Assembly: GCA_028534125.1 (NCBI GenBank)
Contig: CM052828.1
Location: forward strand, 1,178,001 to 1,242,000
DNA: 64,000 bases
Reading direction: 5' to 3'
Origin: Lama glama
Taxonomy: Eukaryota
Position numbers and translations under genes: made by a program. Positions 35,769-49,780 of the stretch are shown piece by piece. Every line of letters begins with the position of its first letter. Positions within the stretch are counted from its first letter, which is position 1. The notes beneath the pieces were generated by a model. It saw nothing but the letters and a program-made list of their open reading frames with translations. It was not told where the DNA came from and did not search any database.

Positions 35769-36194
35769 TCTGTGGTTTCTTGAAGGGCAGGGACATGTTT
35801 ACCCCAGTACCTGACACACAGGAGGAAGTGGATGCTTTTGAGTTGGTGTCTGTGAAACAAAGGCTCTCAGTGCTACTGCTTGGCCTTATCTTGGCTGCTG
35901 GTCGGCCGCAGAGTCCAGTTCCTCCTTTTCCACTCGTCCTGGGCTGGGGCTCATAAGCAGTGTGGAGAAAGTCACACCGTCGTGATGGCAATTCACCACC
36001 AGCCCCCACACTCTAACCTGTGCCTCAAACTGCCCCTCTTCCTACCTGGTGGGCAGTGAGGCCATTCCCCACTCACTGATGCCACCGCTGTCCCCCATGC
36101 CACACCTGTCATGCACCGAGAGAGGCCCTGCCGTCCGAGGGACTGCCAGCAGTTCTCCTAACTCCTTGCTGTCTTTCTCCTCCTTTCTACGTCC

Positions 36195-39100
36195 CAACGA
36201 ATGGGTTGCTTCCACCTCTTGGCTACTGTGAATAGTGATGCCATGACCGTGGGTGGGCAAATGTTTCTTTGCGATTTTGCCTTAATTTTGGATGTATCAC
36301 CAAAGTGGGACTGAAGGATCAGATGGGAGTGTTGCTGTTAAGTTTTGAGGAACTTCCATACTGTTTTCTACAGCCGTTTTACCATTTTACTGTCNNNNNN
36401 NNNNNNNNNNNNNNNNNNNNNNNNNNNNNNNNNNNNNNNNNNNNNNNNNNNNNNNNNNNNNNNNNNNNNNNNNNNNNNNNNNNNNNNNNNNNNNNNNNNN
36501 NNNNNNNNNNNNNNNNNNNNNNNNNNNNNNNNNNNNNNNNNNNNNNNNNNNNNNNNNCTTCTTGGTGGGCATGTGTATGACNNNNNNNNNNNNNNNNNNN
36601 NNNNNNNNNNNNNNNNNNNNNNNNNNNNNNNNNNNNNNNNNNNNNNNNNNNNNNNNNNNNNNNNNNNNNNNNNNNNNNNNNNNNNNNNNNNNNNNNNNNN
36701 NNNNNNNNNNNNNNNNNNNNNNNNNNCCATAGGTTGCTTATCACTCTGTTTGTTGTGTCCTTTGATGTACATGATGTTTATGTTTGATGTGGTCCCATAT
36801 GCCGTTGTGCTTTCATTGTCACATCCAGGAAATCGCTGCGCATCTAATTTCCCTTTTGATTTGTTCTTTGACCCATGGGCTATATAGAAATACATTCTTT
36901 AGTCTCCAAATACTTGGAAATTTTTTAGATATCCTTCAATTACTGATATCGAACTTAATTCAATATTAGACAGAGAACGCGCTTTACGTGACTGGCATCC
37001 TTTTAAAGTGACGGAGACTTGGTTTTGGCTCAGAACACAGTCTGAGTCAGTGCTCATGTATGCTGCTGCTGGGTGGCGTGGTCGTGAATGTGAGTTAGGC
37101 CAAGCTAGTTGACAGCATTGCTCGAGTCTCCCACACCTGTATTCTTCCTGATTTCCCGTTGACTTGTTCTGTCGGTCGTTGGGAGGAGAACGTTGAGTTG
37201 TACAAATGCAGTTTGGATTTGCCTGTTTTTCTTTGCAGTTTATCACTTTGCTTCATGCATTTTCAAGCTTTATTTCTTAGGTACACCAACATTTTGGATT
37301 TTATGCTTTCTGGATGAATTGAAGCTTTACTTATTATGGAATGATTCTCTTTATTCTTGGTAATATTCTTTGCTCCAAAAACTACTTTGTCTGATATTAA
37401 TACAATCACTCTGCATCTTTTCTGCTTAGCAGAACCTTGGTATAGCGTTCTTCATCCTTTTACTTTTAGCCAACTAGCTTCTTTCTATTTAAAATGCATT
37501 TCTCACAGGCACCCTACATTTGAGTCTTGCTTAAAAAAATTCAATCTCTGTCTTTTATTTGGGGGCATTTAAAACCGTTATATTTAATGTGATTATTGAC
37601 ATGGCAGAAACAGGACTTCTATTTGTCCTGTTTTTTGTTCCTTTTCTTCTCTTTTTCTGCTTTCTTTTGGGTTGATTGCTTTTTTAAAAAAGACGGTGTT
37701 TGTTCTCTTTGCTGGCCTAGCAGCTGCAGGGTTTGCTCAGCACCTTGTGGTTGTCTGGGGCATGTGTGCGCCTCTCTAGCTTCCCACAGTCAAGTGTCGC
37801 CACATCACTTCACGTGTGAGAGCTTCACAGCAGTGTGTGTCTAGTCCTTCCTTTCTGGTCTCTGTGCTATTGTTGTCATATATTCAACTTATGTTGTAAA
37901 CTCCATAATGCATTGTTATTATTTTTGTTTTAAATAATCCATTATTTTTTCAAGAGGGGTTGAAAATGAGAAAAATGTCTTTTATATTTACTCACACACC
38001 ATTTTTGTTCTTTGTTTTTGTGTGTGTGTGCGTTCAGATTTCCATCTTGTATCATTTTCTCTCTGCTTAAAGGGCTTCGATATTCTCACAGTGAGCGTCT
38101 GCTGCTGCTGAATTAGCTCAGCTTTTGTATGTCTAAAAGTGTGTTTATTTCTCCTCATGTAGAAATGTGTGTATTTGCTTACTTTGGTGTGGAATTCGAG
38201 CTGGGTAGTCTTTTTCTCTCTAACGACATTGCTCTACTGGCTTCTGGTTTGTATTGTTTCCAATGAGAAGTCCACTGACATTCTTATTTTTGGTCCTCTA
38301 TGTGTAATGTATTTTTTTTTCCTGGTTGTTTTTAGGTTTTTCTCTTTATCACGGGTTTGAGCATTCTGACTACTCAAATCGAATGTTTTCCTCATGTTTC
38401 CCTTGCTTGGACTTTTGTGGACACCTAGGGTCTGTGTATAGTTGTTTTTGAAGCTATGACTTTGGTCGTTATTCATTCAAATATTTTTTTCTGTGCCCCC
38501 ATCTCTCTCCGCTCTTTTAGAGATTCCAATAAGCGGATTAGGCCACTTGAAGTTGTCCTGCAGCTCAGTGATGACCCGCTTGCTTTATTTTTTTGAGCCT
38601 TGTTTCTCTTTGTGTTTCATGTTGTGTAATGTACTTAGCATAATGCCCTCAAGGTGCATCCATGTTGTCACAGGAGCAAGATTCCGCTCTTCCTTCTGGC
38701 TGAGCAACGTTCCGTTCTGTGTACCTCCTGCCTCTGCTATGCGTGCGTCCACTGAAGGGCACTAGGGGTGTTTCCTTATCTTGGCTCCTTAATGCTGCGA
38801 GGAATGTGGAAACGCAGATATGTTTTTGAGATCCCGTTTTCACTTCCCTTGGATGTACACCAGGAGTGGACTTGCTGGATCATATGGCAGGCCTAATTTT
38901 AATTTTTGGAGGAGCCTCCATATTGTCTTCTATTGTGGCTGCTCCAATTGACATTACCACCCACAGTGCACAAGGGTTCCCTTTCCTCCACACCGTCACC
39001 AACACTTGTTACTGCTTGTCTTTGTGAGAATAACCATTCTAACAGGTGTGAGGTGGTGTCTCACTGCGGTTTGATCCGCATCTCCCTGATAATTAGTCAT

Positions 39101-40450
39101 GTTGAGCACCTTCTTGGGCACCTGGTGGCCACCTGTATGTCTTTAGAAAAATGTCTCTGTGGATCATCTGCCAGTTTTAAACCTGGGTTGTTTGTTTTCT
39201 TTCTGTTCCATTGTATGAGTCTTTGGATATTAACCTCTTATTAGATACATGACTTGCAAATATTTTTGCCCATTTCGTGGGTGGCCTTCATGCTTCTGAT
39301 CGTTTCCTTTGCTGTGGAGAAGCCTTTAGTGTGATGCGCTCACGTCTGTTTACTTTTCCTTTTGTTGCCTTTGCTTTTCAAAAAAATCATTGCCGGGACC
39401 GATGTCAGTAAGCTCAGCCCTCACGTTTCCCTCTAGGAGGTTTACGGTTTGGGTCTCGCGTTCAAGTCTGTACCCCATTTGGAGTTACCCTCTGTGTGTG
39501 GTGTACGACCACGGCCAAGTCCTTTCTTTTGCACGTGGGTGCACAGCTTCTTCAACAGTCTCTTTATTGAGAAGACTGTCCTTTCACCCATCGTATATTC
39601 TTGTCTCCTTTGCCGTAAGTCATCCGGCCACACGTGCATAGGTTTACTTCTGGGCTTTCTGTTCTCTTCCATTGATCTCTGTGTCTGTTTCTACGCCGGT
39701 GCCATGTTGTTTTGATCACTATGGCTGTGTAATATAGTTTGCGATCAGGAAGTGTATTGCCTTCAGCTTTATCTTTCTCAAGAATTTTTTTGTCTTAAAT
39801 CATTTAAAATTCTATTTTCTTAGTTGCTCCACCCCAGTTCTATTATCAGACGTTCTTAAGAATTGATCCTGCTGTGGACTTTGTCTGTCGACCCTCCTGG
39901 CTGCTGGCTTCTTGCTTCTTGTGCTGTGTGTGAACCCGAGTCGGACAATCACGTTCCTCCAGAGAGGCTCTGCACGGTTCTCTAGGTGAGCCAAGATCTC
40001 ACCTTGGGTAGCAAGATCTCGCCAAACTTGCGTGAGATCTGGCCTGGGGTTTTGAATTCTCAGAGGGAAAAGAGCCAATCAGAGGTAGAAAGGCTTTCTC
40101 TTTCTATGCCTGAGATGGTGATGAATTGCCCCTAGTTCATTGTTTCCCCGATTCTTTAAGAGTTATGACTTCGTGTGGGAGCTTCCGCTTCACCTTCTGG
40201 CGCCTCTGGGGAAGTAAGGCTGCCTCCCCTCTCTCCCTGCTGTTGTCAGTGTGGCCTCACACAATTCTCACTCTGGTTTTCAGTTTCATTTCTGGCCTTT
40301 GGGGAGTTCTATTTTTTTTTTCTTTTTTTGAGAACTCAGCTAGGCATGTAAAAGGAATCTCATGGTTTATGTAGTATCTTAAATTGTGTTATAGTGGGAA
40401 AGTTTCCAGGTTATTAAATCCTTAATATTGTTGGAAGTGGAAGTCCTCCA
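36195..40450 (-). mobile_element. Cluster of nested, degenerate antisense L1 fragments
   Basis: T-rich; ORF1 remnant KKYITHRGPKIRMSVDFSLETIQTRSQ (38234-38476); younger ORF2 3' segment at ~38625-39790; gaps at 36395-36557 and 36582-36726. Confidence 0.88.
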
Positions 40451-41439
40451 TTTATTAACTATAAATATAATCATAGTTCTTAAAGGAAAGCATGGTTATC
40501 TCCAGTTTGCAAATAATAAAGTGCTTAAGAGAGGTTTAATGACTTGCTCAGAGTCACACGGCTGGTAAACACAGGAGTCCAGGCCTGTCTTTCTCGAGCT
40601 ATTCCCAGTACACACGGGCTGGGCGCTGGGGGTGAGGAGCGAGCTCTGGGTGGGAGGAGTCTGGCCACGAGGAGGGCTGGGAACTTGCTGGTGCACACTG
40701 TCCCTGCTTCCCACACTCCCTAGGACCAGATCGGAAGCCCTAGTCATTTCAGGGCTGTAGGGTTGGGGCACCAAAAATGTGTCCTCAAGTGATAAACAGC
40801 GTGCTGGGGGGGAAGAGAAGCTGGATTGCAGAGGCAGAGAGCAGCGGTCCTTCCTCAGGTCTGTGCTAGTTGAGTCCCCTGTCTCTTGAGACGGCAGGCG
40901 CAGGTGCACATGGGGACGACCTGGAGAGGGACATCCCACTGGGAGGTCTGACTGAGGGTCACTCGCAGGACAGGTGTGGCCAAGGCGGAAGGGCCGGGCC
41001 GGACAGCGTGTGCCCGCGTCTCCGTGAGCCAGGCGTCCCTCCCCCAAGGCTGGGGCTCGCTGCCCCCAGCCCTGCAGACCCAGCTGCGGCGCGGCTTGGG
41101 GAACTCACGCCTGGGCGCTGACAGGGCCTCCCTCTTCTCCGTTTTCAGCAACTTCTCCTCCTCCTTGTGTGTGTTTCAGTTTCCCAAGGGCCCTCACCCC
41201 AACGAAGCCATCAGCACGTACAGGTATTAGGTTCAAGCAGCTCCCTGGAAGTACTGCTAAATGGACGACACAATGGTGATGTTAGAAAGGCACGGACTCA
41301 CCAGGGCACCAGGCAAAGGGGACCCCGTGGCACACGTCTGCGCCTGCACGGGCTGTGCGGAGGTCTACGGAACTAGGAACTGAATTAATAAGAACACAGA
41401 CATGCAAGTAAAGGAAAACCAGACGAAGCAAATTATTGC

Positions 41440-41850
41440 ATCAGCAAGGAAAAGAAGCTGCTGTGTAACACGAATGACCTGCAAATAGGATTTGCAGAGA
41501 TGTAACGATGTCATCCTTGAATACTAGTCAAACATAGCTGAGAGAGAGCATAGCTAACCAGGAGACCTGGTGGGAAGAAAATGCGTATGTGTGCGTAGAT
41601 GGGGGAGACAGTCAACAGACGATCCCTGAGATAAAAAAACGTGGAAACAGCAATATGTGTAAGTTGTTTAGAGACATGGATGCGAACATGAAAACAATTA
41701 GCTGAAAGATGTGAAGGTGGCTGCCTTTGGGGAGCAAAACATGGGGCTAGGAGCTTTTATGGTTTTTTTTCTTAACAAGTCTCGTAGAACAATTTGCCAA
41801 TGAACTACATAAGTGCACCTGTCATTTTGATAAAAATCCAACAAAATAAA
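41440..41850 (+). mobile_element. HAL1-like 3' end
   Basis: gaaggtggctgcctttggggagc...ttttgataaaaat ending in an A-rich tail. Confidence 0.6.
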
Positions 41851-42146
41851 AGTCATAATCGAAAGTATTTTATTTTTCAAAAGTAGATTAAAAAATGAAG
41901 TGACTCTGAGCCTTACCTGAAATCAGAGTATCTGATGGGAATCCTGGTGTGAAGCCCCAGGCCACTGCCCTGCCCTCAGCCCAGTCTGCGGGGCCCAGTG
42001 CCTGTTTCCCTGCGTGGGCCTCCACCCGCCAGGTCCTGGGTGGCTTCTGACCAGGCCTGGCTCTTGGTGCCGTCCTGACGCTGCTCTGTCTTCTTGGCCC
42101 TGCCCTTACTCCTGGGGTCCCCCAGGTTCTGGATCTGCTGTCTGGT

Positions 42147-42586
42147 CTTTTTTAAAAAAGTAGTTATTAAGTATTTTTAATTGAAGTAGAATTTACAATT
42201 TACAGTGATGTGTGAGTTTCATGTGTGCTGGACAGCGGTTCAGTAGTTGTGAACGTCAGTCTCCGTTTAAAGCTGTTACAAGACGTTGGCTGCAGCTCCC
42301 TGTGCTGCGCAGTGGGGCCTTGCTGCTCGTCTTCCTTGTGCTTAGCAGTTTGTGCTTCTTAATAGCCTCCCCGCCTTTCCCCACTGGTAACCACTCGTTT
42401 GCTTGCTGTTTCTGGGAGCCTGTTTCTCTTTTGCATATATATTCGTTTTATTTTTTAGGTTTTATTTTTTAGATTCCACATATAAGTGATATCATATAGT
42501 ACTGTCTGACTTACATCACTAGGCGTATTTTCTAGGTCCATCCACGTTGCTGCAAATGGCAGAACTTCTTTTCTATGGCTAATATT

Positions 42587-42619
<33 letters not shown>

Positions 42620-42642
42620 CTTCTTTATCCAGTTGTTTGCTG
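42147..42642 (-). mobile_element. Artiodactyl-type L1 3' end with internal (TG)n at 42589-42617
   Basis: ttagattccacatataagtgatatcata...ctaggtccatccacgttgctgcaaatggc; peptide LPFAATWMDLE. Confidence 0.9.
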
Positions 42643-43094
42643 AGAAACTCACATTCTTAAATTCAACTGATAAAAAAGGTGAAGAAGTAAAATTAATAGC
42701 CCAGATTTGGGACCCAGAATTGGAAGCTCCAGGAAGACGCATTATTTCTCCTTTTATGCTATCTTTAAACCTAACCCTCATCATGAATAAAATGACTTTT
42801 GTTTTCACCACTGACAGTATAAATATTACATCACCTTATCAATTCCAGGGACTTCATGGACTGTTGTCTGTTTTTCGGCAAATAGTCTAGTCATTTTCCC
42901 CCATAGCCACTATCAAAAGCCAATACTTATGTAATAATTGTTATGTTTCTTTGTATTTGTATTTACCTTTGTCTCATCTTCCTAACTAGTTGTTGATTTC
43001 CTTAAAGGAGTTGCTGTGTGACTGGTGGTGGCACTTACTTTTTTCTTTTTTCTCTGTCAAACACTTTTCTGGGTCTTTTAAAAAAAGCTTTACA

Positions 43095-43280
43095 AATGTT
43101 AATTTCTTTAATTTCCACAGCTTCCTATGAGGTATGTATCCAGTAATATCCCCATTTTACAGGTGAGAAAACTGAGGCACAGAGATACTAAGTGATCTGT
43201 ACATGGTCACACAGTAAATGATACAACTGGGATTCTGGCCTGGGAGGTCTGGCCCAGAATCTGTGCTCTTAAACAATATG
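43095..43280 (-). mobile_element. MIR SINE
   Basis: atccccattttacaggtgagaaaactgaggcacagaga...ggtcacacag. Confidence 0.9.
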
Positions 43281-44784
43281 CTGTCTTGTGCCTCAAAAAT
43301 TTTTGCTGTTGATGGTTTAAACTGAACAGAATTTTCACACAATGGGGAGGTAGGGGAGGAAGGAAATGTCCTTCCCACTCTCAGGAGAGGGCTGGAATAC
43401 AGGTACAGGATTATAGAGTGTTTAGTTAGGACACTCTTGGAACTTAGCTCACAGTAAACATGTATTTGACTTCCAGCTCTTTGCAAACTGCAAACAAGCT
43501 TTGTACTTGTTTGTCTTAGGGCTACGTCTTGGCATGCTCTCTGGGATGGCCAGATGAGGACTTCGAGGTTAGAAGTAATGGTTTAATTGAATGGTTGTGC
43601 AATTAATAGAGTCTTTCTTCAGTGCTTTGTGTCTTTCTTTCTGTCTCTCTCTGGTTGAGCGGGGATTAGAAGCTGGACTAGTATTAGAAAAACAGGAGTC
43701 TGTGAAGTGTTGTATTGGATGCTCGCAGCACCCTGCTCTGAACGGGGTTGCGCAGACTGTATAGCTGACAGGGACAGAGCTCAGGATGGGAAAAGGAGGA
43801 GTAAAGGGAAACGCCAAGTTGTGTTTGTGTGTGGAGGGCAGGGTTCATTTTAAATTTAGAACCATTCACGCAGATCGATACATTTTTGCTGTCCTGTGGT
43901 ACCTAAGAACCAGAATTAGAATGGTCAAAGCTTAAGTGAAACAGCTGTGATTTTTTTTAGTAAAATGGACCCTGACAGTATATATAATTTTTTTGCATGT
44001 GTCTGGTATTTCATTGTAGAGATAGTAAATGTGACAAAACACTAAATAGAAGGGGGCATTGTTTGAAATAACTAATTGTTAAGAGACTGTCTATGAGGAT
44101 TACCTCCTGGAAAAAGAAAACACCTTTCTAACCCCAGATTTTCTTCTTTACTGCATAGAAGCCGTTGTTTATTGTTTCATTCAGTTAAGGCATAGGGACT
44201 AGAGAGAGAACTAGCTTTAGGTGGAACTAATTAACTCTTTGTGAAAAATCTGCAAGTATTTTAGTTTAGACTTTTGGCTGTGGGGTCAGATTCTAATCAC
44301 CCAGGTAGCAGGTGGCCCAAGCATCTACCTAGGAGCGAGAGGGTAGGGCAGTGAGACCTGCATCTCCCTCTCATCAAAGGGAAGGGTTTTAAATTAACTG
44401 GCATTCCCCTTCTGGTAGGGCTGCAGGGAGATTCCGCTGACGTGAGTCACAGAGGCTCACTCCCCACAAGATGTGAGTTTGAAGAGGGCTTTGGGGCTCT
44501 TCCACACGTCACTGGATCCTGGGTGATCTGGAGCTGAGCCACGGGACCATGTGCCGAGGACCTGGAACAGACAAGCGGGGACTGTCTCAGTAGGAGGTTT
44601 TAACCACAAGACCAACTGGGATGCTCGGTCCTTACAGAAGAGGCTGACCCTCCTCTCCTGGGGAGCTTAGGTGCCAAACGTGGCAGTCACATTCACCCAA
44701 TGTTCTTGCTGTTCTTCCTGGTCTGGGTTTCTCTGGACGGCTACATCTTGGTTTCCGGGAAACTTCAGTTCAATGGAAGAGTGT

Positions 44785-44960
44785 GGAGTTTGGAGTCACG
44801 CAGATCTGAATCCAGATCTTGTCACCAGCACCATTAGCTGTGTGATGTGGGGCAATTCTGTCCTTTCTGGGCATTGCTACCTTCGTCTGTAAAATGCAGT
44901 CAGAAAGTGGATACTTGGAGTCAGTAAGGATGAACTGGCCACGGGTGTGTGGCCTGGTGC
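44785..44960 (+). mobile_element. MIR SINE
   Basis: ggagtcacgcagatctgaatcc...tagctgtgtgatgtggggcaa...cgtctgtaaaatg. Confidence 0.75.
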
Positions 44961-45589
44961 TTCGTGGTGTCTCTTAAGGTCAGGCTCCTCTCCCTCCATC
45001 CCCCACCCCTCCCCACCCACTGGGGCCCCAGTCCTTTCCTACCCACTCCAGTGCTCTGGCACTGAACTCCAAGGTGAGCCAGAGACGGAGGACCTGACTT
45101 TCCCCCGGGTGGGTCTGGCCTGCAGAGCTGCAGATCATGGTCAGAGGTACGCAGTGAGCGCTATCCAGGAGTGGTGCGAGGGCGCCCCTCTCCTTTCCCA
45201 GTGTTGCCTCTTTCTGCTCATTAGTTTCACTTACGTTTCAACCACAATTCCTTCGCTCCTAGAAAACCATGGTGTTAAAGGCTAGAAACCTATTTTAAAT
45301 TATCATAAAAACATGGGAGGAACTAGACCTTTCTCCTGCCTTCAAGCCAGGCCCTTATAGCACCGCATCTTGGGAGGCGAGGGCCATAGAGGGAGTAGGG
45401 CTGTGGTCCAGCAAGGGCGTAGCTGTGCCTCAGGTGGGGGCTGCTCTCAAGAAAGGTCAGGAAGACTCTGGGAAGTGCGTTTAAGAGTCTTCCTTCAAGG
45501 CTAGACTCAAGACTGCAAGACCACATAGGGAGGGGTCTTGCTCCCGAGGCTGGCCTGACCTGTGTGTAGCCCTACGGCAGTGGGAGGGC

Positions 45590-47030
45590 ATGAGCGCAGC
45601 AGGCCAGCGCCGGCGGTCAGCGGTGAGCGCCCACCAAGGGCAGTGCAGGGGAGGAGCGGACGGGGGACCTGCCTTGGCGGCCGGAGGCAAGGCCCGCAGT
45701 CTGACAGCCGCGGGACCTTGGACCAGCCTCGGGGCGGACGGCGGGGGGCATCTGCCCTCTGCGATCTCGCAGGAGCAGGGCCGGGAGGGGGCCCTGGGGG
45801 TCCGAGGGGCTCGGGTCCAAACATCCTTGGGTTTCTTGGAAGGGGCCGAGTCTGAAGACAATTCCGACCCCCGCGGGCTGGGCAGAGGTAATGGCTGCTG
45901 GGAGGAGCCCGGCCGGCAGAGACGAGTGTACAGCCCAGGAGCTTGGAAAACTGGAGGAACACCAAAAAAGCCAACAAGCACCCCCCCCCCCGCCCCCAAT
46001 CAAACACAAACACAAAGGCAGGAATGATGTATTCAGGAGGAAAACGCAGGCCAGGCTTCAGAGCCGGAAACCGTCTCCGACCTGCGGCCCGAGGTGAAGG
46101 CCCCGTGTACGGGTGGCGGGGCGCGGGGCGCGGGAGGTAGGACACGGCCGGCGGTGTCCGGGGCGGCGGCCTCGGGCTGGCGGATGCAGGCCGTGGGGAC
46201 GACGCGTGTGCGCATGTGCGCACGTGCCTGCGTGTGTCCGTGTGTGCGCATGTCCTGCGTGCATGCGCCTGGGCGCATGGGCCTGTCGTGCGTGGTGCGA
46301 GTGCGCATGTGCGTGCGGACCTTGCGTGTGCGCGCAGGGCACGCTGGGGCGTGTGCCTGGTGCAGGGGTCGCTGCGCTCGGGGAGTAGAAGACCGGGTAC
46401 TTGTGGAACCGGAACGGGAGAGGCTGTGGCCGACGCCGGCGGGGCTATTGCCCACGCACGAGCCGCGGGAACGGGAAGGCTCCCGGGTGGGTGGAGTGAG
46501 CTCTGGGGACTTCCGCGCCCGCCCTCGTCCGCACACTCGGACTGCGGGCGCGAGGAGCGCGGGCCTCACACCCTTGACCGCCGGGCCGCCGGCTCTGTGG
46601 GCTGAGTGTCCGGAGTTGACGTGAGGGGGCGACGCCGCCGCGCTCGCACGACCTCAGCCGTCTGGCGCCTCGAGCTCGTTAGGACTGAAGTGGAGCGGTG
46701 GACCGTCGCCTTTACCCGATCTTCCCGCATTTGGCTGACGAGGGCGAGCAGACCGGACGCGGGCGGGCGGAGCGGCGAGGTCAGGCTCAGCCGGAGGGTT
46801 CCGGGTGTGGAGCCACCAACCCCCAGAAGGTGGGGTGTCCTTCCAGAGACGGCTGTTTGATTGCTTTTTCAAGATAAATGCCGTGTCTTTTTTCATTTAC
46901 CCCCAATACCCCAATTTCTCCTCCGAGCAAACTGGAGGGAAGAAGGGCGAGGGCGGTGTGCCGAGCGAGGGAAGGACCCAGGAACGGACTCTCAGCGGCC
47001 TCCGCCGTCAACAGCAGCGTCGGGTTGCAC
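45590..47030. promoter_or_regulatory. Major CpG island, probable promoter/non-coding first exon of an unidentified gene (likely + strand)
   Basis: ~1.4 kb CpG-dense; GC boxes, CCGGAA, repeated TGCGCATG (46209, 46245, 46302), GGGGACTTCC at 46505; G-skewed on +, with several + strand GT donor-like sites. Confidence 0.75.
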
Positions 47031-49319
47031 ATTTCAACTTCAGTTTCCCCTTCACCCGGGTTTTTGTTTGCTCTTGATTTTTATCACAGGCACACGGATA
47101 ATATTCTTGGTTAGACTGTGGGACTTTCCTGGTCTCAACACCATACTAGTAGAATGCTGTATTAAAATGTCCTTTTTAAAAAAAAACGTGGAAACAAACA
47201 CACCCAGGTAAACAGAGAAGTACAGATGCTGTAACAGCGGCTTAAGCAGGTTGGCGAAGTGATCTCGTCGCTGCATTGTGTATTAAAACCCAGGAGTTAA
47301 AGGGAGGAGCACAGATGGAACCCGACGCTGACGGAGTTCACAAGCCGTTCTGATAACACAGCTGAATTTAAAAAACAGTTGTAAACATATGAGGAAAGGA
47401 AAATATGTGTGGATATTTGAAGCAGAATGAAGCCTGCAGTGCCTCACGCCAAAAACAACTGGTCATCCCCAAGATTCGTCTCGTAGAGCCACCGGGGACC
47501 CGGCCATGCCAGGGGACACGTGCACGTGGGCCAGCAGCTTCCTTCTCAGCACATGCATCTCCCACAGGGTGCCCACGGGAGAGTGGAGGTATGCATCCTG
47601 GAGAGCGGTGGTTACACCTCACTGCTTGTCCACTGACATCCTAGCACCTGGAGTGCAGACTCCAAAGCAGCATAGGAGAAAAATGTGCCAGAAAAGTTTC
47701 CCCTTTTACTTCCCAAGAAGTAAACTTTGAAAAGAATATCCTTGTATTGGGTTCCCTGATTTCTCATATGAGGATTTGAACACCCCATGGAAGAAGTCTT
47801 CCTGTGTCTCTGCCATCCTGTCACAGCGGGGCCAGGCTGTGTCACATGTGGGAGCACTGAGCTTCCCACAGGACAGAGAGGCTGCCCCCTCTGGTAAGGG
47901 AGCACAGACGGATGACCGCCCATGAGCTCTGGCTTCCACACGTCTTTCATTCCAGCAGCTAAACTGTATTTACTCCAGTTGATCTGCTCCCATCCTGAAA
48001 TCATCCCAGTTAGGTTTCCTTTGTCTTTTCCATTTGCAGGGTTGCAAGTTTCCGAGGTGGGGTTAGCAGAAGGTGAATGCCACCTTCTCGAACCTTTGTC
48101 AAATCAACCCAGCACATCTCTCTGCTTTTCATAAGTTAATTGCTAACCTCCAAGAAAAAAAACATCGTTTCTTACTTTCTGGTCTCTTATCACACATGCT
48201 GAGCACGGCTTGGTTAAGCAGTAACTCTCCCTATGCAGGTAAACAGAACTGCCTTCCCCACCCCCTTCTCCACACCAATCTAAAAACTGGGGGGAAACAA
48301 TCTGCAGCTATTAATAACCCACTGAACTGGAAGTGATTCAGTTTCATTAATACACCTTGAGAACATTTACATCCGTAGAGGACAGAGTGTTTACAAGGCC
48401 TGAGAAGGTTTTATGGAAAAGCAGCTTTATGGGCTCTGGGGGCCTTCCCCTGCCAGTGCCGACCTTCTCAACACTGGGCTGTTACTTGAGTGCAAACCTC
48501 AAGCTCTTGCTGAAGTTGGCCCTCGCTCGGGCTTTTCAGGGCTTCTATAAACAGCCAGTCCCTCCAGAGCCAGAAGTAGCTTGGGGCCTTGGTAGTGGGT
48601 GAATTTGATTGACATCCAGGTCTCGGATCCAGAGAGTGGAGGAGTGGTGGCCGCTCCACGGCTCCGTCCACACAGCGAGTGGAGGAGAGGGGCCACCTAT
48701 GTAGTGTGACTTGGAAGTTGCCAGGAAAGCAGCCCCTGACCGGGACATAGGCCTCTCTCCTTGAAGACCCACCTCAGAGCCTGAAACTTAGACCGGGAGA
48801 TCTCTGCATCTTGGCTCAGGCCTGGTCTCCAAAACGTCGCCTGCAAAATGCAGAAATTCTGCTTAAAAGAGGAATGTGTTATAACCTGTCAGCATCCAGA
48901 CCACATACTATGAGCTGAAGAGTCACCTGAGAGATCCTCACCACGGGGCCCCTGGAAGGGGCTGCGGTCGCCCTGCAGGCTTCTGACCAGGGCTGGGCCC
49001 TCCCGCCGCCGCAGGCCCATGTCACCTGCAGGTCCCCTTGAGCACCTGTGGAGAGAGCCCTTCAGGATTGGAGTAAGATGTTTAGCCGTTCTGACCACCT
49101 TCCCCTTCCCGGCCACCAGAAATCCAAGTTCAGATTCATTCTAAACCGTGAAACAGACGTAGCGACCACTTCATGCTTAACACAATACTGGTTTTCCCCA
49201 GAAGAACTAGTTTTTTGCACGTTTTGAAATAGGAAATGTGAAATTCTTTCAGATCTTTTCTTTTCTTGTTCCTGCTTGCTGCTACGCTAGGAGTGTGCTT
49301 ACTATCCCTACCGGGCAGT

Positions 49320-49780
49320 CTGGCCCCTTCTTCACTCCTGGGGTCCAGTTACTACCCGGAGCTGACACACTCAGATGTATTCCTTGCCCCAGACTCTCAG
49401 CGCTGACTCATCTCTGTGGTTGCTCAGTGGTGATGCAAAGCGACATGTCCGCGGGCCCCTCCAACTCTCCAGGTCCGAAACAGAACTCGTGACCCTTTCC
49501 TCCAGTTTGCTTCTCTTCCTGGTTTCCCCATCTCACAAAATTCACCCGGTTGCTCAAGTCAGAAATGCAGGGGCCACCCTCAGCACCCTCCTGTTGGTCA
49601 CTCCATCTCCTGAAACTCTGTTAGTTTCCCAGAGCGCCTCTCCTGTCTGCTAAGACCTGACCCCAGGGCATCTCTCCCACCTGGTTTCTTGCCGCAGGCC
49701 CCTCGCTGAGACTCCTGCCTTCGAGGTGTCTGTCTTGGACACCCGCTGTGCACGCTGCGGCCACTAGACCTGTCCCGCCG
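49320..49780 (+). mobile_element. L2 fragment
   Basis: gtccgaaacagaactc...tttccccatctca...cacccggttgctcaagtcagaaa. Confidence 0.7.

Noticed and set aside
45481-46860. Many overlapping 100-240 aa ORFs in the CpG island (likewise at 15-16, 25, 32, 34, 50 and 62 kb)
   Set aside because: Pro/Arg/Gly/Ala-rich, open in several frames on both strands, and with no recognisable domain; expected where GC-rich DNA lacks stop codons.
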